Source: a virus
Length of the DNA: 64,000 nucleotides
Strand: one strand, 5' to 3'
Virus genome (UHGV): UHGV-0027388
Under the pieces are notes generated by a model. The model worked only from the letters and a program-made list of their open reading frames with translations, did not search any database and was not told the DNA's origin. Below are positions 1 through 7,092 of the stretch, piece by piece. Position 1 is the first letter of the stretch, and each line of letters begins with the position of its first letter. The translations under genes and the position numbers were made by a program.

Positions 1-24
1 GCAGCAGGATAAAATAAAAAACTA

Positions 25-53
25 TTGACTTTCTGCTAGGCAGATGTTATATT
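25..53 (+). promoter_or_regulatory. sigma70-like promoter (TTGACT-17 nt-TATATT) upstream of the RHH/acidic-protein operon
   Basis: TTGACT at 25-30, 17-nt spacer, TATATT at 48-53, about 30 nt before the RBS of the 84..266 CDS. Confidence 0.5.
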
Positions 54-83
54 ATGCCTAGGCGAAAAACTGGAGGTGATTCA

Positions 84-266
84 ATGTCGCCTAAAATGGG
101 ACGGCCTATCATGGGAGATGAGCCAAAGAACAAGCAGATTGCAATGCGAGTAGCGCAAAGCACGGCCGATAAGTTTCAAAAATGCTCTGAACTTTCAGGA
201 AAACCAAAGGTCACTCTGTTTGAAGACATGGTTAACAGCCTATATGAAAAGCTGACGCAAAAATAA
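84..266 (+). CDS. ribbon-helix-helix (CopG/Arc-like) DNA-binding protein, 60 aa
   Basis: ATG at 84 preceded by GGAGGTGA; N-terminal beta strand QIAMRVA followed by two helices; paralogous to the 2594..2770 product (both begin MS..MGRP). Confidence 0.6.
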   Translation: MSPKMGRPIMGDEPKNKQIAMRVAQSTADKFQKCSELSGKPKVTLFEDMVNSLYEKLTQK

Positions 267-389
267 AAATCTCTGCGCTGTTACTTCTTGACGGTCGTAC
301 AGCACAGAGATTCGCCAAAGAGGTTACTCATTGGTAAATCTATTATACCATGCGGTTTGGCCTCTTACAAGTAGAAATGAGGTTTTACT

Positions 390-665
390 ATGACTATCCG
401 TAAAAGCATGAAAGAATTCCATAATGACCACTGCGACAACATCTACTGGCTGACGTTCTGCGGCGAGAAAATGTCCGAGCTGATGCGGGACAGCAAGTAC
501 GGAGACCGGGCGGCAAAGCCGGATGACATCGACGATACCGAGATCATGGGAGCGTGGTTCAACTGGGCATTCTCATTTATCGGCGATGAGATTATGAAAG
601 TTGAGGAAAACGTTGATTACCTGCCGGACGTTCAGATTGAGGAATCTAGCGATATTGCGGAGTAA
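390..665 (+). CDS. acidic ~90-aa protein of the MTIRKSM family (unknown function), copy 1
   Basis: ORF with RBS GAGG; net charge about -14; conserved MTIRKSM(K/R)(D/E)(F/Y)xN(D/E)H N-terminus and WxWAFxFIxDE motif shared with 2192..2470, 58936..59208, 25252..25530 and the fragment at 3179..3241. Confidence 0.7.
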   Translation: MTIRKSMKEFHNDHCDNIYWLTFCGEKMSELMRDSKYGDRAAKPDDIDDTEIMGAWFNWAFSFIGDEIMKVEENVDYLPDVQIEESSDIAE

Positions 666-667
666 AG

Positions 668-702
668 TAATAACCCCCTCGATTTCGAGGGGGTTATTAC
701 TT
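668..702. terminator. bidirectional rho-independent terminator hairpin (AATAACCCCCTCG-loop-CGAGGGGGTTATT)
   Basis: perfect 13-bp stem directly after the stop of the 390..665 gene and directly after the last tRNA of the minus-strand cluster. Confidence 0.7.
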
Positions 703-777
703 TGGCAGCGATGGCTGGATTCAAACCAGCGATGGAGGAGTCAAAGTCCCCTGCCTTAATCACTTGGCTACACCGCT
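702..777 (-). tRNA. tRNA-Gln (anticodon UUG)
   Basis: cloverleaf with A1-U72, G73, anticodon loop CTTTGAC, T loop GGTTTGAATCC, encoded CCA. Confidence 0.8.
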
Positions 778-967
778 AAATAGTATTAGCCGCCTCCCTG
801 GATTCGCAGAAGCGGCTAATACGTCTCACTAGAGCTGGACTTCTGGTGATCCACCCAGAAACGCTAATTATGCGCATGAATCAGCTGTCCAGCAAAGGCG
901 GGTCATGGTCATTGCACCCATGCGCAACCCTTGTACTTCGAGCTGCCCACTAACGCCCCGCATATGA
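778..967 (-). other. unassigned 190-nt structured spacer inside the tRNA operon
   Basis: no ORF; several long hairpins (GCGGGGCG...CCCGC, TTAGCCGC...GCGGCTAA, TTCTGGGTG...CACCAGAA); does not fold as a tRNA. Confidence 0.3.
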
Positions 968-1044
968 TGGTGGACCTTGTAGGTCTCGAACCTACGACCG
1001 TGCGGTTATGAGCCGCGTGCTCTAACCAACTGAGCTAAAGGTCC
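968..1044 (-). tRNA. tRNA-Ile2/Met (anticodon CAU); the GGACCTTTAGCTCAGTTGGTTAGAGC 5' half is typical of lysidine tRNA-Ile
   Basis: perfect acceptor stem GGACCTT/AAGGTCC, anticodon loop CTCATAA, TTCGAGT T loop, CCA encoded. Confidence 0.8.
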
Positions 1045-1141
1045 GCATTAAACCGAGAGGGCGCATCTTGGTTATCTGGTTTTCTCCCAGACCATCTTTC
1101 AGGCGTGCGCCGGTGAGCATTTATTCCGCTCCTCTCCCGGT

Positions 1142-1215
1142 TGGAGCACCAAGCGGGAATCGAACCCGCGCAATCAGCTTGGAAGGCTGATGTTCTGCCA
1201 TTAAACTACTGGTGC
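1142..1215 (-). tRNA. tRNA-Gly (anticodon UCC)
   Basis: acceptor GCACCAG/TTGGTGC, anticodon loop CTTCCAA, U73, TTCGATT T loop, CCA encoded. Confidence 0.8.
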
Positions 1216-1322
1216 AAAATGCCGCCCGAATTGCACGGTCGCCGCCGGAGGTATGTTAAGCGGAGCATTCCATCTAGGCCGAATGCTTATATATGAAAGG
1301 AGATGGTTATGTACGCCATCCG

Positions 1323-1406
1323 TGGTGCCGCTAGTGGGAGTCGAACCCACACGCACAAAGCACAGGAACCTAAATCCTGCACGTCTGCCAATTCCGTCAC
1401 AGCGGC
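1323..1406 (-). tRNA. tRNA-Leu (anticodon UAG), class II with long variable arm
   Basis: GCCGCTG acceptor, D arm GGAATTGGCAGAC, anticodon loop TTTAGGT, long variable arm, A73, CCA. Confidence 0.8.
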
Positions 1407-1424
1407 AAGCCTGAGTTGAGTGTA

Positions 1425-1514
1425 TGGCGGCGCAGGTGGGATTTGAACCCACGCACGGTTTCTCCGTCTAGCGGGTTTCAAATCCGCCCCCTTAAACCAC
1501 TTGGGTACTACGCC
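1425..1514 (-). tRNA. tRNA-Ser (anticodon UGA), class II
   Basis: 3-bp D stem, anticodon loop TTTGAAA, variable-arm hairpin ACGG-AGAAA-CCGT, G73, CCA; one A-C mismatch closing the anticodon stem. Confidence 0.7.
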
Positions 1515-1515
1515 G

Positions 1516-1591
1516 TGGTCGAAGTGGTGAGACTCGAACTCACGACCTCCTGAACCCAAATCAGGAGCGCTACCAACTGCGCTACACCTCG
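1516..1591 (-). tRNA. tRNA-Pro (anticodon UGG)
   Basis: acceptor CGAGGTG/CACTTCG, anticodon stem CCTGA/TCAGG with loop TTTGGGT, A73, CCA. Confidence 0.85.
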
Positions 1592-1609
1592 ATCTATTAT
1601 ATTTCTTTG

Positions 1610-1684
1610 GCGCTATCGGCAAGGACTTGAACCTGCATCCTCCTGAGTACGAATCAGGCGCTCTGCCATTAGAGCTACGACAGC
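1610..1684 (-). tRNA. tRNA-Thr (anticodon CGU)
   Basis: acceptor GCTGTCG/CGATAGC, anticodon stem CCTGA/TCAGG with loop TTCGTAC, CCA encoded. Confidence 0.75.
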
Positions 1685-1822
1685 ATATATAGCGCCGCCG
1701 GAATTGCACCGTGGCTTTCAGCGTTCGCCGGGGAACTTCCCCAACTGGCCGAAAGAGCCTCCCACTTAGGCGATGAAGGCTTATAAATACATGAAAGGAG
1801 AAAGGGCTATCGACCTGCCCTA

Positions 1823-1898
1823 TGGAGCTGGTGGACGGACTTGAACCGCCGACCATCGACTTACAAAGACGCCGCTCTACCAACTGAGCTACACCAGC
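1823..1898 (-). tRNA. tRNA-Thr (anticodon UGU), 76 nt with canonical numbering but two mismatches in the anticodon stem
   Basis: perfect acceptor GCTGGTG/CACCAGC, D arm TAGCTCAGTTGGTAGAGC, loop TTTGTAA, T arm GGCGG-TTCAAGT-CCGTC, CCA. Confidence 0.7.
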
Positions 1899-1975
1899 AG
1901 ATCGACCGCCCCGAACCGAAAGAAACAGAAAAATTCGGAGCGGTCAAATAGGATATGTCCCCCATCCCTGATAAA

Positions 1976-2004
1976 ATTATAGCAACAGGTTTGCGTGGTA
2001 GTAA
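1976..2004 (-). promoter_or_regulatory. candidate promoter of the tRNA operon (TTACTA-17 nt-TATAAT on the minus strand)
   Basis: -10 TATAAT is the reverse complement of 1976-1981 and -35 TTACTA of 1999-2004; about 70 nt upstream of the first tRNA. Confidence 0.4.
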
Positions 2005-2117
2005 CCCCTAAAAAAATTTTCTTGAAAAGGGCTTGATAAGAACGCAGAGCCTGTTAAACTATAGTTGCGCTTGGACGATAGTCTCATGTTTGCCTTCCTC
2101 GCAAGTCTTTATTTCTA

Positions 2118-2160
2118 AAGAAGAAGCAGCACCCGGTGAAAATTCGGGTGCTGCTTCTTT
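2118..2160. terminator. hairpin terminator (AAGAAGCAGCACCCG-loop-CGGGTGCTGCTTCTT)
   Basis: 15-bp perfect inverted repeat 3' of the minus-strand gene 2192..2470. Confidence 0.6.
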
Positions 2161-2191
2161 ATGCTTTCTAACCGCGTCGATTTCGACACAG

Positions 2192-2470
2192 TTACTTTTT
2201 GTATCGCTTCTGCATTTCCTCCACGGTGTCCACTGTCTCTTCCAGCTGGATGTCAGGAAGGTACTCTGTGTTTTCTCCCATTTTCACAACTTCATCCTGG
2301 ATGAACTCGAACGCCCACGCAAAGTAAGTTCCCGCCACCAATGGGTCAATTTCTTGATCTTTGGGGGCATCCCGGAACAGCTCCGCCATCTTCTGAGCGG
2401 ATTCTGCCGTGTGAATGATGTTCTCAAAGTGTTCGTTCTGATAGTCTCTCATGCTCTTACGGATAGTCAT
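2192..2470 (-). CDS. acidic ~90-aa MTIRKSM-family protein, copy 2
   Basis: ATG at 2470 with RBS AAAGGAT; MTIRKSMRDYQNEH...FAWAFEFIQDE; about 45 percent identical to the 390..665 product. Confidence 0.7.
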   Translation of the reverse strand: MTIRKSMRDYQNEHFENIIHTAESAQKMAELFRDAPKDQEIDPLVAGTYFAWAFEFIQDEVVKMGENTEYLPDIQLEETVDTVEEMQKRYKK

Positions 2471-2593
2471 ATTCAAAATCCTTTCTTGCGTCAGGCAAGA
2501 ACTAGTGATATAATAAATTTATCATTAGGCCTTGCCTTTTGGTGTGTATAAGGCTTCGTCCCGTGATTGCTAGTCCAGGGGGCGAAGTCTTAT

Positions 2594-2770
2594 TTACTTT
2601 TCGGTGGACTGTTCAACAAGGTCAATTCCCTTTCTGACAATATCGCTCTTGGAGAGATTCAGCTTTTCAGCGCACCGTTCAAGTTTCTTGCGGTATTCTT
2701 CGTCAAGCCGAACTCTGAGCATCGTGTCTTTAGGGCTGTCGCTCTTTGGACGTCCCATGTTTTGCGACAT
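2594..2770 (-). CDS. ribbon-helix-helix DNA-binding protein, 58 aa (not present in the ORF track)
   Basis: hand translation MSQNMGRPKSDSPKDTMLRVRLDEEYRKKLERCAEKLNLSKSDIVRKGIDLVEQSTEK; RBS GAGGTGA; paralogue of 84..266. Confidence 0.6.
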   Translation of the reverse strand: MSQNMGRPKSDSPKDTMLRVRLDEEYRKKLERCAEKLNLSKSDIVRKGIDLVEQSTEK

Positions 2771-2774
2771 CTAA

Positions 2775-2832
2775 TCACCTCTTTCTGTCGCTACAACAAA
2801 TATATCATTGTAGCTACAACAAGTCAAGAGTT
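2775..2832 (-). promoter_or_regulatory. promoter (TTGACT-17 nt-TATATT) overlapped by TTGTTGTAGC/TACAACAA inverted-repeat operators
   Basis: minus-strand reading TCTTGACTTGTTGTAGCTACAATGATATATTTGTTGTAGCGACAG; same architecture as 3134..3185. Confidence 0.5.
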
Positions 2833-2953
2833 TTTTTATTTTTCCTTGTCTGTGGCGGAACCGCATGGTATAATGGATTTACCAGTTGCACCGCTTCTGG
2901 GGGATAACCGTAAGCTGTTGGTCGTCAGCCTTTACCAGCTTGCGGTTATTTTC

Positions 2954-3127
2954 TTACTTGCTGAGTTCTTCCTCAAGGACACGCCTGAACCACTCTGTGC
3001 GCCCCTCTCCACGTTCTGAGAGTTTTCGGTCGAGAGCGTCAGCCTTGTCCCTGTCTACGAGGAAAACTAATTGCTTCTTAGCTTTCCTCAACTCGCGGAA
3101 GTATTCAGCACGGCTTTTTTCAGCCAC
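2954..3127 (-). CDS. ribbon-helix-helix DNA-binding protein, 57 aa, GTG start (not present in the ORF track)
   Basis: hand translation VAEKSRAEYFRELRKAKKQLVFLVDRDKADALDRKLSERGEGRTEWFRRVLEEELSK; RBS AGGAGGTGA 4 nt upstream of GTG. Confidence 0.5.
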   Translation of the reverse strand: MAEKSRAEYFRELRKAKKQLVFLVDRDKADALDRKLSERGEGRTEWFRRVLEEELSK

Positions 3128-3133
3128 CGGCTC

Positions 3134-3185
3134 ACCTCCTTGTTGCTAACAACAATATACTATGTTGCTAACAACAAGTCAAGAA
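3134..3185 (-). promoter_or_regulatory. promoter (TTGACT-17 nt-TATATT) overlapped by two TTGTTGCTAACAACAA-type palindromic operators
   Basis: plus strand shows ttgttgctaacaacaa twice, then gtcaaga; near-duplicate of the 2775..2832 region. Confidence 0.5.
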
Positions 3186-3241
3186 GTTTCTTTTCGTCGG
3201 CGGTCACAGTGGGGCTGCTTCATGCTTTTACGAATAGTCAT
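3179..3241 (-). pseudogene. 20-codon remnant of an MTIRKSM-family gene (MTIRKSMKQPHCDRRRKETS-stop)
   Basis: retains the family leader AAATGAGGTTTTAAGTATG and first 8 codons, then diverges to a stop; sits divergent from the RHH gene 3485..3826. Confidence 0.5.
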
Positions 3242-3323
3242 ACTTAAAACCTCATTTCTGGTATTTTGGGATTGGACTTCGGAATGAAGCCCCGCTCCCT
3301 TGAACTGCCTTTATTATAGTACT

Positions 3324-3419
3324 TACTAAGTACAACCGCAATCGGCAGAATAAACAATGATTAAGTACAAGTATTGTGCATTATTGTACTTGCCAAGTGC
3401 TGACATTATGCGCTATAAT
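3324..3419 (+). promoter_or_regulatory. operator/promoter region with GTACTT/AAGTAC inverted repeats and TTGCCA-18 nt-TATAAT
   Basis: AGTACTTACTAAGTAC palindrome and AAGTACAAGTATTGTGCATTATTGTACTT, then TATAAT at 3414-3419 upstream of the 3485 CDS. Confidence 0.45.
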
Positions 3420-3484
3420 AAGGACAATGGAAAAGGTATGCTTATATTAGTTTGCTACTTACAGAAACGAAAGGGCGGGATAGC

Positions 3485-3826
3485 ATGGCTGTAACTGAAT
3501 CCAGGAAAAAAGCGAACGCTAAATGGGATGCGGCAAATCTTGATAGGATGTCGCTTGCACTCCACAAAGGAAAGAAAGACGCAATTAAAGCGGCGGCGGC
3601 GCTGGCCGGTGAAAGTATGAACCAGTATATCGGTAATGCAATTGATATGCGCATGGCTGGGGTGGCAGGGAGTGAAGTTACTGCTTCTATTTTGACACCT
3701 GCTGCTCTGTGTGCGGCTCAGACGGGCGCAAAGCTGGCAGGGGAGGAAGTACCCGCCTTTGTGGAAAGGGCTGTTAAAAACGAATCTAAGCGGGATGAAA
3801 TGCAAAGAAAACTGCTTGGTAAATAA
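3485..3826 (+). CDS. Arc/MetJ-type RHH regulator (AGESMNQYIGNAI motif), 113 aa
   Basis: ATG at 3485 with RBS AAAGGGCGGGA; homologous to 25699..25896 and 59379..59567 (HGESVNGFI motif). Confidence 0.6.
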   Translation: MAVTESRKKANAKWDAANLDRMSLALHKGKKDAIKAAAALAGESMNQYIGNAIDMRMAGVAGSEVTASILTPAALCAAQTGAKLAGEEVPAFVERAVKNESKRDEMQRKLLGK

Positions 3827-4038
3827 AAGGCCCGGAAAAGTGGTGCAAACATGGCAAAAACCAAAGCCCAGCAAGCTACACAAAAGATGAAAACGAGAGT
3901 CAACCTTGACGGGCTGGCTCTCGTTTCTTATTAAAGGCAAGATTGATTTTCTGTGATTATTTTTCGGAATCCGTCTTTATCTGCTTCATAGCATCCTGCA
4001 TCTTAATCTTATACCAGTAAACAGGAAGATTTGCGCAA

Positions 4039-4196
4039 ATTTACACGGTAAACAGTAAGGGATTTACACGGTAAACAGGAGCAAGGGGTGAGAACAGGTA
4101 TTTTCCCCTATTCCGCAACACATTTTTGTCAACCTGTCAACAGAACTGTCAACTTTCACCCGACTCTACAACTTTTTATTGTGGACGCGGTTGTAG
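4039..4196. repeat. direct and inverted repeat cluster: ATTTACACGGTAAACAG twice, TGTCAAC three times, CTACAAC..GTTGTAG
   Basis: 17-bp direct repeat at 4039 and 4062; TGTCAAC at 4127, 4135 and 4147; inverted repeat 4166-4196; directly downstream of the integrase remnant. Confidence 0.6.
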
Positions 4197-4202
4197 CTAG
4201 AT

Positions 4203-4472
4203 TTATGGAATATATTTACAGAATTTCATGCGCCACGTTCTGGTTGTTATTTCCTCTCTGTGCTTGCGCTGCCATTCTTCTGAAACCTGCTTGAAAGTTA
4301 TTATTTTTGGCTGAATTGCCTTGTTTAACTTCGTGTAAAGGCGTTCGGGATCGCGGTCATAAACATACCTCCGTTGACCGTTTCCGCCCAGATAAGAGCC
4401 TTGATAGCGACCGTCTTTTTGCAGTGTAAACATCGACGCGAAATCCAAAGTTTTCTCTTGTTCTTTGCCCAT
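4203..4472 (-). pseudogene. N-terminal fragment of a tyrosine integrase (AP2-like arm-binding domain), truncated at 90 aa
   Basis: product ...LQKDGRYQGSYLGGNGQRRYVYDRDPERLYTKLNKAI...ITFKQVSEEWQRKH resembles integrase N-termini (compare the intact integrase at 6012..7082) but stops before the catalytic domain. Confidence 0.5.
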
Positions 4473-4965
4473 GATGTTACCTCCCCGTAACAAGCGTTTC
4501 TGTTTCTTACGGCGTCAGTTTATCATGCGCAGTTTGAAAGTCAATGAACCATCCTGCCCAACAGGCCAGACTGTAAAACGGCGTAGAATGCGTTCTGAGC
4601 GGTTTTTATCTGCCGTTGATTAGTTTTGCACCTACGCACCTAAAAATCGCTTTACGGTCGTTCTGTGGCTTCTGATGGCATTTTGGAAGTGTTCCCTGTG
4701 TGTGCAGGTGCGTATATGCGTGTGTGAGCGCGTGTGATGCCCGGTGTGCCGTTTTCAGAGCTTCAACGGGAAATTACATTCCGCAAGTTCAAAACGCCTT
4801 CTTAGCCGCTCTGTGACTGTTAGAGGGCAACTGATTGATTTGCGCCGAGATTGTATTTTTTTCTTTCCTGATTTCGCAGAATTCCGTCCCACCCGCCGTG
4901 TACGCGCACGCGCATCAAGTCTCTGCATATCTTATAAATATATATTATATATATACTAGACTTGT

Positions 4966-5218
4966 AAGTCTTATTTTCTATTTAGACTCTCTATATATGC
5001 TAGTCTCTACTCCTAATCCTGTAGGTCTTATCTTCTATTTAAGCTCTCTATATATGCTAGTCTGTACTCCTAATCCTGATAGTCTTATTTTCTAACGTAA
5101 ATCTGTACTATCTGTAGGTTTGTACTTCTACCGTACTAAACCTGGAAGTCTTTACTTCTAACTAAGTACTCAAAAAAATAAAAAACTGCATCAATAAACT
5201 TGCAAGTCAGTATTTCTA
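4966..5218. repeat. six direct copies of a 15-bp motif aRGTCTTAtTTTCTA, including a 57-bp tandem duplication; candidate integrase arm-type sites
   Basis: copies at 4966, 5024, 5080, 5116, 5147 and 5205; two near-identical 57-bp units (4985-5041 and 5042-5098). Confidence 0.6.
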
Positions 5219-5596
5219 CCGTTAATACGCTGATAGTTATAGCTTTTACTCTTACCGACTATGCTTATAACTTTCCTAAACTTAGAGTTCAAGCCGCTAC
5301 ACAGTATTGCCATTTACTACCATAAATATTCCTTTGATTTTACAATTTTATGCGTCTACGGCAGATTTGTTACGGAGTTGACACTTTTTGTCAAGGTTGA
5401 CAAATATTTTCCTACTCGGTAGTTAATTACTATTATTATAAAATCCGACGATTTTCGCCTCTTGGTGCATGATACGCCTTTGCCGTGCACCAAACAACAC
5501 CGCAAATCAGTTTACCATCATAAGGAGGAACGCAAATGAAAGAGAAGCGAAATAAGTTAGGCCTGACACAAGAGCAGGTCGACAGGGTGTGATCGT

Positions 5597-5836
5597 GTGC
5601 TTGATGCAAAAGAGATCAACGCCGAAATAGCCCGCCTTGAATACGTCGAGAGCAGCTATCCGAATTACGCCAAGCTGGCCGACCTCTATATCATCCGCGA
5701 TAAGATGGAGTCATGCGCAAGATTGAGCAAATATAATGCAAATCCCCCAGCCGAAAAAGCTGGGGGATTTGCCGTAGCAAAAACGTATCAAAAGGCGAAA
5801 TTCACGGTACTTAATTCAAACAGAAACGAGCCTTAA
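5597..5836 (+). CDS. hypothetical protein (GTG start); possibly the downstream half of a frameshifted XRE-type regulator whose 18-codon HTH start lies at 5536..5592
   Basis: ORF only; upstream AAGGAGGA-ATG encodes MKEKRNKLGLTQEQVDRV then a stop. Confidence 0.25.
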   Translation: MLDAKEINAEIARLEYVESSYPNYAKLADLYIIRDKMESCARLSKYNANPPAEKAGGFAVAKTYQKAKFTVLNSNRNEP

Positions 5837-6011
5837 TCGTCATCAAAACACACAAAAATGCGTTAGCGCACAATGGATTGCGTGTTCTGTCAGTCTATGA
5901 TACAATAAAATACATATAAAATATACGAATATTTATCACTATAAAACGAAGCAAACAAGCAAAAACAATCATAATCTGCAATCATTAAGTGTAAAAAATA
6001 AAATGCGAGAT

Positions 6012-7082
6012 TTATGGCGTAGCAGAATCGTAGCATCTCTCCAAAATGGAGCACAAATCGTCCCGTTTGGCTTTGTAGAGATGGGAGTAAACACGGAGTG
6101 TTACAGTCACATTTTCGTGGCCTAAACGCTCTGCTATGAGCAGTGGCTGCACCCCCTGGTCTATCAGCATCGACGCGTGAGAATGTCGGAGATCATGCAC
6201 CCTGATGATCGGCACACCTGCCTTAACGCAGTTGCGCTTGCAGTGGTTGCGGAGCATAGACGCGCTTGTACCCTCGAATAGCCTACCGCCTGACATTGTG
6301 GCGATAAGCGGGGCTAATTCCTCCTGCAAAAAGTGTGGGATTGATACAACTCTGACGGAGCTTGCAGTTTTAGGCACTCCGATAATTTCTTCTCCGTTCA
6401 GCTTTATGTAGGTTTTGGTAATGGATATTTTACCGTCGCTCACATCCTCTGGTGCAAGCGCCAGCAACTCGCCCTCACGCATACCCGTCCAAAACAATGT
6501 GTCGAAAGCAATCTTCATAAGCTCGTTTTGCTCACAAGAACGGAATTTGGCATACTCCTGCACGGTCAGAAATTTCATTTCTCGCTTTTTTTCATTTCTC
6601 TTTTCGGCGACTGCGTTTGTGCATGGATTTGACGGCAGTCCATATAACCGGACAGCAAAGTTAAAAATGCTCGATAACCTCGATTTCAACATAGCGGTCG
6701 TCGTTTGAGATAGTTTCCCTCCGGTTATGCGCGATTTCCGGTTTTGCAGATCGCTATACCACTTGCGTACAGCCAGTGGCGTGACGTCTTGCACTGCGGT
6801 TTTTCCAAACGCTGGGCGCAAACTCTTTTCGACCGCGAATTCAATCGACGAGTATGTCGTCGGCTTCACCCTTGTTTTTGCGTCCTCTAGATATAGGTCA
6901 AGCAGCGACGACATGGACATAGATAGACTTCCATTCATCTTTTGCAAAAATTCACGCTCGTACTGCTGGGCTTCTCGTTTTGTTGGAAATCCCTCTTTTT
7001 TCTTTTGTTTTCGCGTCCCATCAAATGTAGTATATCTACAGGTCACCTTCCAGCGCCCGTCCGGCATTTTCGATACGCTCAT
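6012..7082 (-). CDS. int: tyrosine site-specific integrase (phage integrase)
   Basis: AP2-like N-terminal domain plus C-terminal catalytic motifs R...HDLRHSHAS...LGH...Y. Confidence 0.9.
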   Translation of the reverse strand: MSVSKMPDGRWKVTCRYTTFDGTRKQKKKEGFPTKREAQQYEREFLQKMNGSLSMSMSSLLDLYLEDAKTRVKPTTYSSIEFAVEKSLRPAFGKTAVQDVTPLAVRKWYSDLQNRKSRITGGKLSQTTTAMLKSRLSSIFNFAVRLYGLPSNPCTNAVAEKRNEKKREMKFLTVQEYAKFRSCEQNELMKIAFDTLFWTGMREGELLALAPEDVSDGKISITKTYIKLNGEEIIGVPKTASSVRVVSIPHFLQEELAPLIATMSGGRLFEGTSASMLRNHCKRNCVKAGVPIIRVHDLRHSHASMLIDQGVQPLLIAERLGHENVTVTLRVYSHLYKAKRDDLCSILERCYDSATP

Positions 7083-7092
7083 GTCCTACACC

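Noticed and set aside
1201-1883. ORFs 1201..1452 and 1287..1883 on the minus strand
   Set aside because: They run straight through six tRNA genes. Their products are low-complexity Arg/Ser/Gly-rich strings, so they are artefacts of ORF calling over structured RNA.
4966-5218. Possible CRISPR array
   Set aside because: The repeats are only about 15 bp, are imperfect and have irregular 20-45-bp spacing. There are no cas genes in the window. Interpreted as arm-type or iteron repeats instead.
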